DNA of 38,911 bases from IMG/VR virus record IMGVR_UViG_3300029145_000010, positions 1 through 38,911 of that record; one strand, written 5' to 3'. This document shows positions 36,935 to 38,911 of this stretch, piece by piece. Numbering within the stretch: the stretch's first letter is position 1; every line of letters begins with the position of its first letter. Origin of the DNA: a virus. Its lineage: Duplodnaviria; Caudoviricetes. A program made the translations under genes and the position numbers. The notes beneath the pieces are model-generated. The model worked only from the letters and a program-made list of their open reading frames with translations. It was not told the origin of the DNA and did no database searches.

Positions 36935-37630
36935 CTATGTTTGACCAGTACGCCGCTTAGCAATATCCTCAGCACTAATATCATAGCCCTGAGACTTCGC
37001 AATCTCAGCCGCCGCACGGTCTTCTTCTGTCACCTTAGTTTGTAACGAGAAGTCCTCGACACCACGTCCACCATCCAACGAACCCGGCTTAGGTTTACTC
37101 AGCACACCGACCGCATCATTCAGCCAAGCCTGTAAAGCAGGTGGACTCATGTGCTCGGTCAATTTACTCACCAAAGCCTTCTGTTCAGCAGGTAACGCAT
37201 CAATACGAGCTTTATTCTGCTCACGCATTTCCTCAACCAGCTTATCGTAAGCCTCAGCTTTAGGATTTAACTCAGCCAATCTCGCCTGCTCCTCTTTTAA
37301 AAGAGCCTCGAAATTACCTTCTTCCTTTAACCGCTTCTCACGAAATTCGCGCAACTGTGCCAGCTCCTGCAAATCAGTCTTTAGTTTCTCTCTCTCAGCA
37401 TCGCGCTCAGCGAGACGTTTCTCTAAAGCCGTTGCATAAGCCTCTGGGTCATCGTACCGACCGCCACTCGAACCCTCATTCCCTGAGTTCCCGGTCTTAC
37501 CATCAGTACCATTACCGCCAGCATTACCACTCGCACCATTACCCTGATCATCTGCTTGATTAAACAAAAACCCCGTATATCGTCTGTGAATCATCCCGAT
37601 TCCACTCCTCATCATTCCGACGAGCGACAT
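36935..37630 (-). CDS. Capsid scaffolding protein
   Basis: G/N-rich linker followed by a coiled coil (EEGNFEAL); synteny. Confidence 0.7.
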   Translation of the reverse strand: MSLVGMMRSGIGMIHRRYTGFLFNQADDQGNGASGNAGGNGTDGKTGNSGNEGSSGGRYDDPEAYATALEKRLAERDAEREKLKTDLQELAQLREFREKRLKEEGNFEALLKEEQARLAELNPKAEAYDKLVEEMREQNKARIDALPAEQKALVSKLTEHMSPPALQAWLNDAVGVLSKPKPGSLDGGRGVEDFSLQTKVTEEDRAAAEIAKSQGYDISAEDIAKRRTGQT

Positions 37631-37637
37631 CCCGCCA

Positions 37638-37665
37638 CCTCGTCATAAACCTCATTCTGTATAGT
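37638..37665 (+). other. dif-like site CCTCGTCATAA-ACCTCA-TTCTGTATAGT
   Basis: Arms nearly identical to 945-972, inverted; overlaps the scaffold SD. Confidence 0.8.
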
Positions 37666-37666
37666 A

Positions 37667-37695
37667 AAAATAACCCCACCACCAATCCCTAACGC
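37667..37695 (-). promoter_or_regulatory. Candidate late promoter GCGTTA-N17-TATTTT
   Basis: Repeated motif upstream of the scaffold/capsid genes. Confidence 0.5.
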
Positions 37696-37795
37696 TCCCA
37701 AAAACAAAAACACCCCATCACAGGGGTATCTCTCATCCTTAATATTAAATTGTCACAACACCGTCGCGATGGACCAACAATCAACCAAACATCAA

Positions 37796-38851
37796 CTATC
37801 TCTGATAAAACCGCTCCGCACCCTCACCCAGAATCCCCACCACACTCTGCTCAAAAATCATCTCACCAAACAAATCATCCGTTCGCTCACCAACGAAATC
37901 ATCCAGCGTCACTGCACCAGCATCCAGCGCACGATAAGCCGCACCACTTGCCAGCGAACGCCTCCGCGCCTCATCCTGACGCGCCCACCAATCAACACCC
38001 GTCTCCACCACCAGCGGACGAATCACCGTCTCAGTCACCGTCGTACCCCGTCCATTCTCATGCTCACGAATCCGCGGAATCGGTCTATCAGCATCGCGCT
38101 CAGCATCCCATATAACCGTCCCATGCAAAGCAATACATGCTAAACAAATCCGATTGTCCAGCGTCTCAATCCGTATCACCCGCCGAATAATAGAGCGATT
38201 AGCATTTTGAGATGCCGCCGTAGCCGACCGGTAACTCTCCAATTGCAACGTCCGCATCATCGTACTCGCCACCGCCTGCGGATAACTCTGCGTAATCCGC
38301 CCAATCTCACGCGCAATCCGTATCGGAGACCACCCCAGCGCCACACCCCGTATCGCCTGATTCGCCACCGTATCAACCACATTCGCCGATAAGCTGCTCA
38401 ATGCCTCACCAAACGCAGGACTATCCACCAGCTCAACCAATCGCGCCAGCGTCTCCGCATCTGGTTGAACCCACTCCACCCCAATCGCTCGCACCTGATC
38501 ATCATTCAGCCCCGGCAACGCCAGCTGACGGGTCAATGACTGCGCCGCCTCAACCCCAACCAGCTGAAGCTCTCCACCAGCATCTCGCAAACGCACCACA
38601 TTATCACGCATCGCCAGATCCAACGACGACAGCACAGCACGCACACTCGCATTATCCACCCGTAACCGCTCACCAGCCTCATGTAACCGACGCGCCTCCG
38701 CATCAAGCGCATCCAGATCAGCCTGCACCCGTCCACTCTGCACCGACGAACTCACAGCACGTAACACCCTCGTCGCCACACCCTCATAGCCACGATCCAG
38801 CACACCCCTCAGCAAATCCTCAATCGAACCCACCCGCACATTACTACTCAT
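37796..38851 (-). CDS. Head morphogenesis protein (MuF/SPP1 gp7-like)
   Basis: GVALGWSPIRIAREI, RT, LDNRICLACIALHG, HENGR. Confidence 0.85.
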   Translation of the reverse strand: MSSNVRVGSIEDLLRGVLDRGYEGVATRVLRAVSSSVQSGRVQADLDALDAEARRLHEAGERLRVDNASVRAVLSSLDLAMRDNVVRLRDAGGELQLVGVEAAQSLTRQLALPGLNDDQVRAIGVEWVQPDAETLARLVELVDSPAFGEALSSLSANVVDTVANQAIRGVALGWSPIRIAREIGRITQSYPQAVASTMMRTLQLESYRSATAASQNANRSIIRRVIRIETLDNRICLACIALHGTVIWDAERDADRPIPRIREHENGRGTTVTETVIRPLVVETGVDWWARQDEARRRSLASGAAYRALDAGAVTLDDFVGERTDDLFGEMIFEQSVVGILGEGAERFYQR

Positions 38852-38894
38852 CAGCTAAATCAACCAATATCGGAGCAGGATCATCCCCCTCATC
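38720..38894. repeat. Terminal direct repeat, copy 2
   Basis: Identical to 18-192. Confidence 0.95.
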
Positions 38895-38911
38895 GATCGT
38901 GACTGGGAAAC
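38895..38911 (-). other. SISPA primer tag, reverse complement (technical artefact)
   Basis: GATCGTGACTGGGAAAC. Confidence 0.9.

Noticed and set aside
945-37665. CRISPR array, diversity-generating retroelement or integron attC interpretation of the repeats
   Set aside because: The repeats are dispersed rather than regularly spaced, there is no reverse transcriptase or TR/VR pair, and the sites lack attC-type long hairpins with RYYYAAC/GTTRRRY ends.
420-38392. Numerous plus-strand ORFs opposite structural and early genes (e.g. 1878-2618, 4709-5311, 28016-28696)
   Set aside because: They are antisense shadows with H/T/P/R/I-biased low-complexity translations caused by the strand skew.
142-38851. 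Alternative genetic code
   Set aside because: Core genes are full length under the standard code and TAA, TAG and TGA all terminate genes at sensible positions.
1-38911. 17-bp inverted terminal repeats suggesting a transposon or linear protein-primed genome
   Set aside because: The sequence is the SISPA primer GTTTCCCAGTCACGATC and it interrupts otherwise continuous genes, so it is a library artefact.

Overview
The window is an apparently complete, circularly permuted temperate siphovirus-type phage genome with a unit length of about 38,702 bp. It has a 175-bp terminal direct repeat, and both ends are capped by a random-amplification (SISPA) primer artefact. Most genes lie on the minus strand: terminase, portal, head, neck, tail with a -1 frameshift chaperone, an atypical lysis region, ParA/ParB, a replication initiator with internal iterons, a PolX-like protein and many small early genes. 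The plus strand carries an integrase next to a tRNA-Pro-derived attP and two tandem paralogous tyrosine recombinases. The main unexplained signal is at least 16 dif-like 28-bp sites (11-bp arm ending in mostly ATAA, 6-bp variable spacer, 11-bp arm starting TT[C/A]). They sit almost only at gene junctions, one precedes each tandem recombinase, and a pair brackets a compositionally foreign LamG/beta-helix module. This suggests a Xer-like gene-cassette shuffling or regulatory system built into a phage genome. A repeated GCGTTA-N17-TAnnnT candidate late promoter is also present. A Chloroflexota-like host is a weak inference only. All calls come from reading the sequence by eye; no database searches were run.
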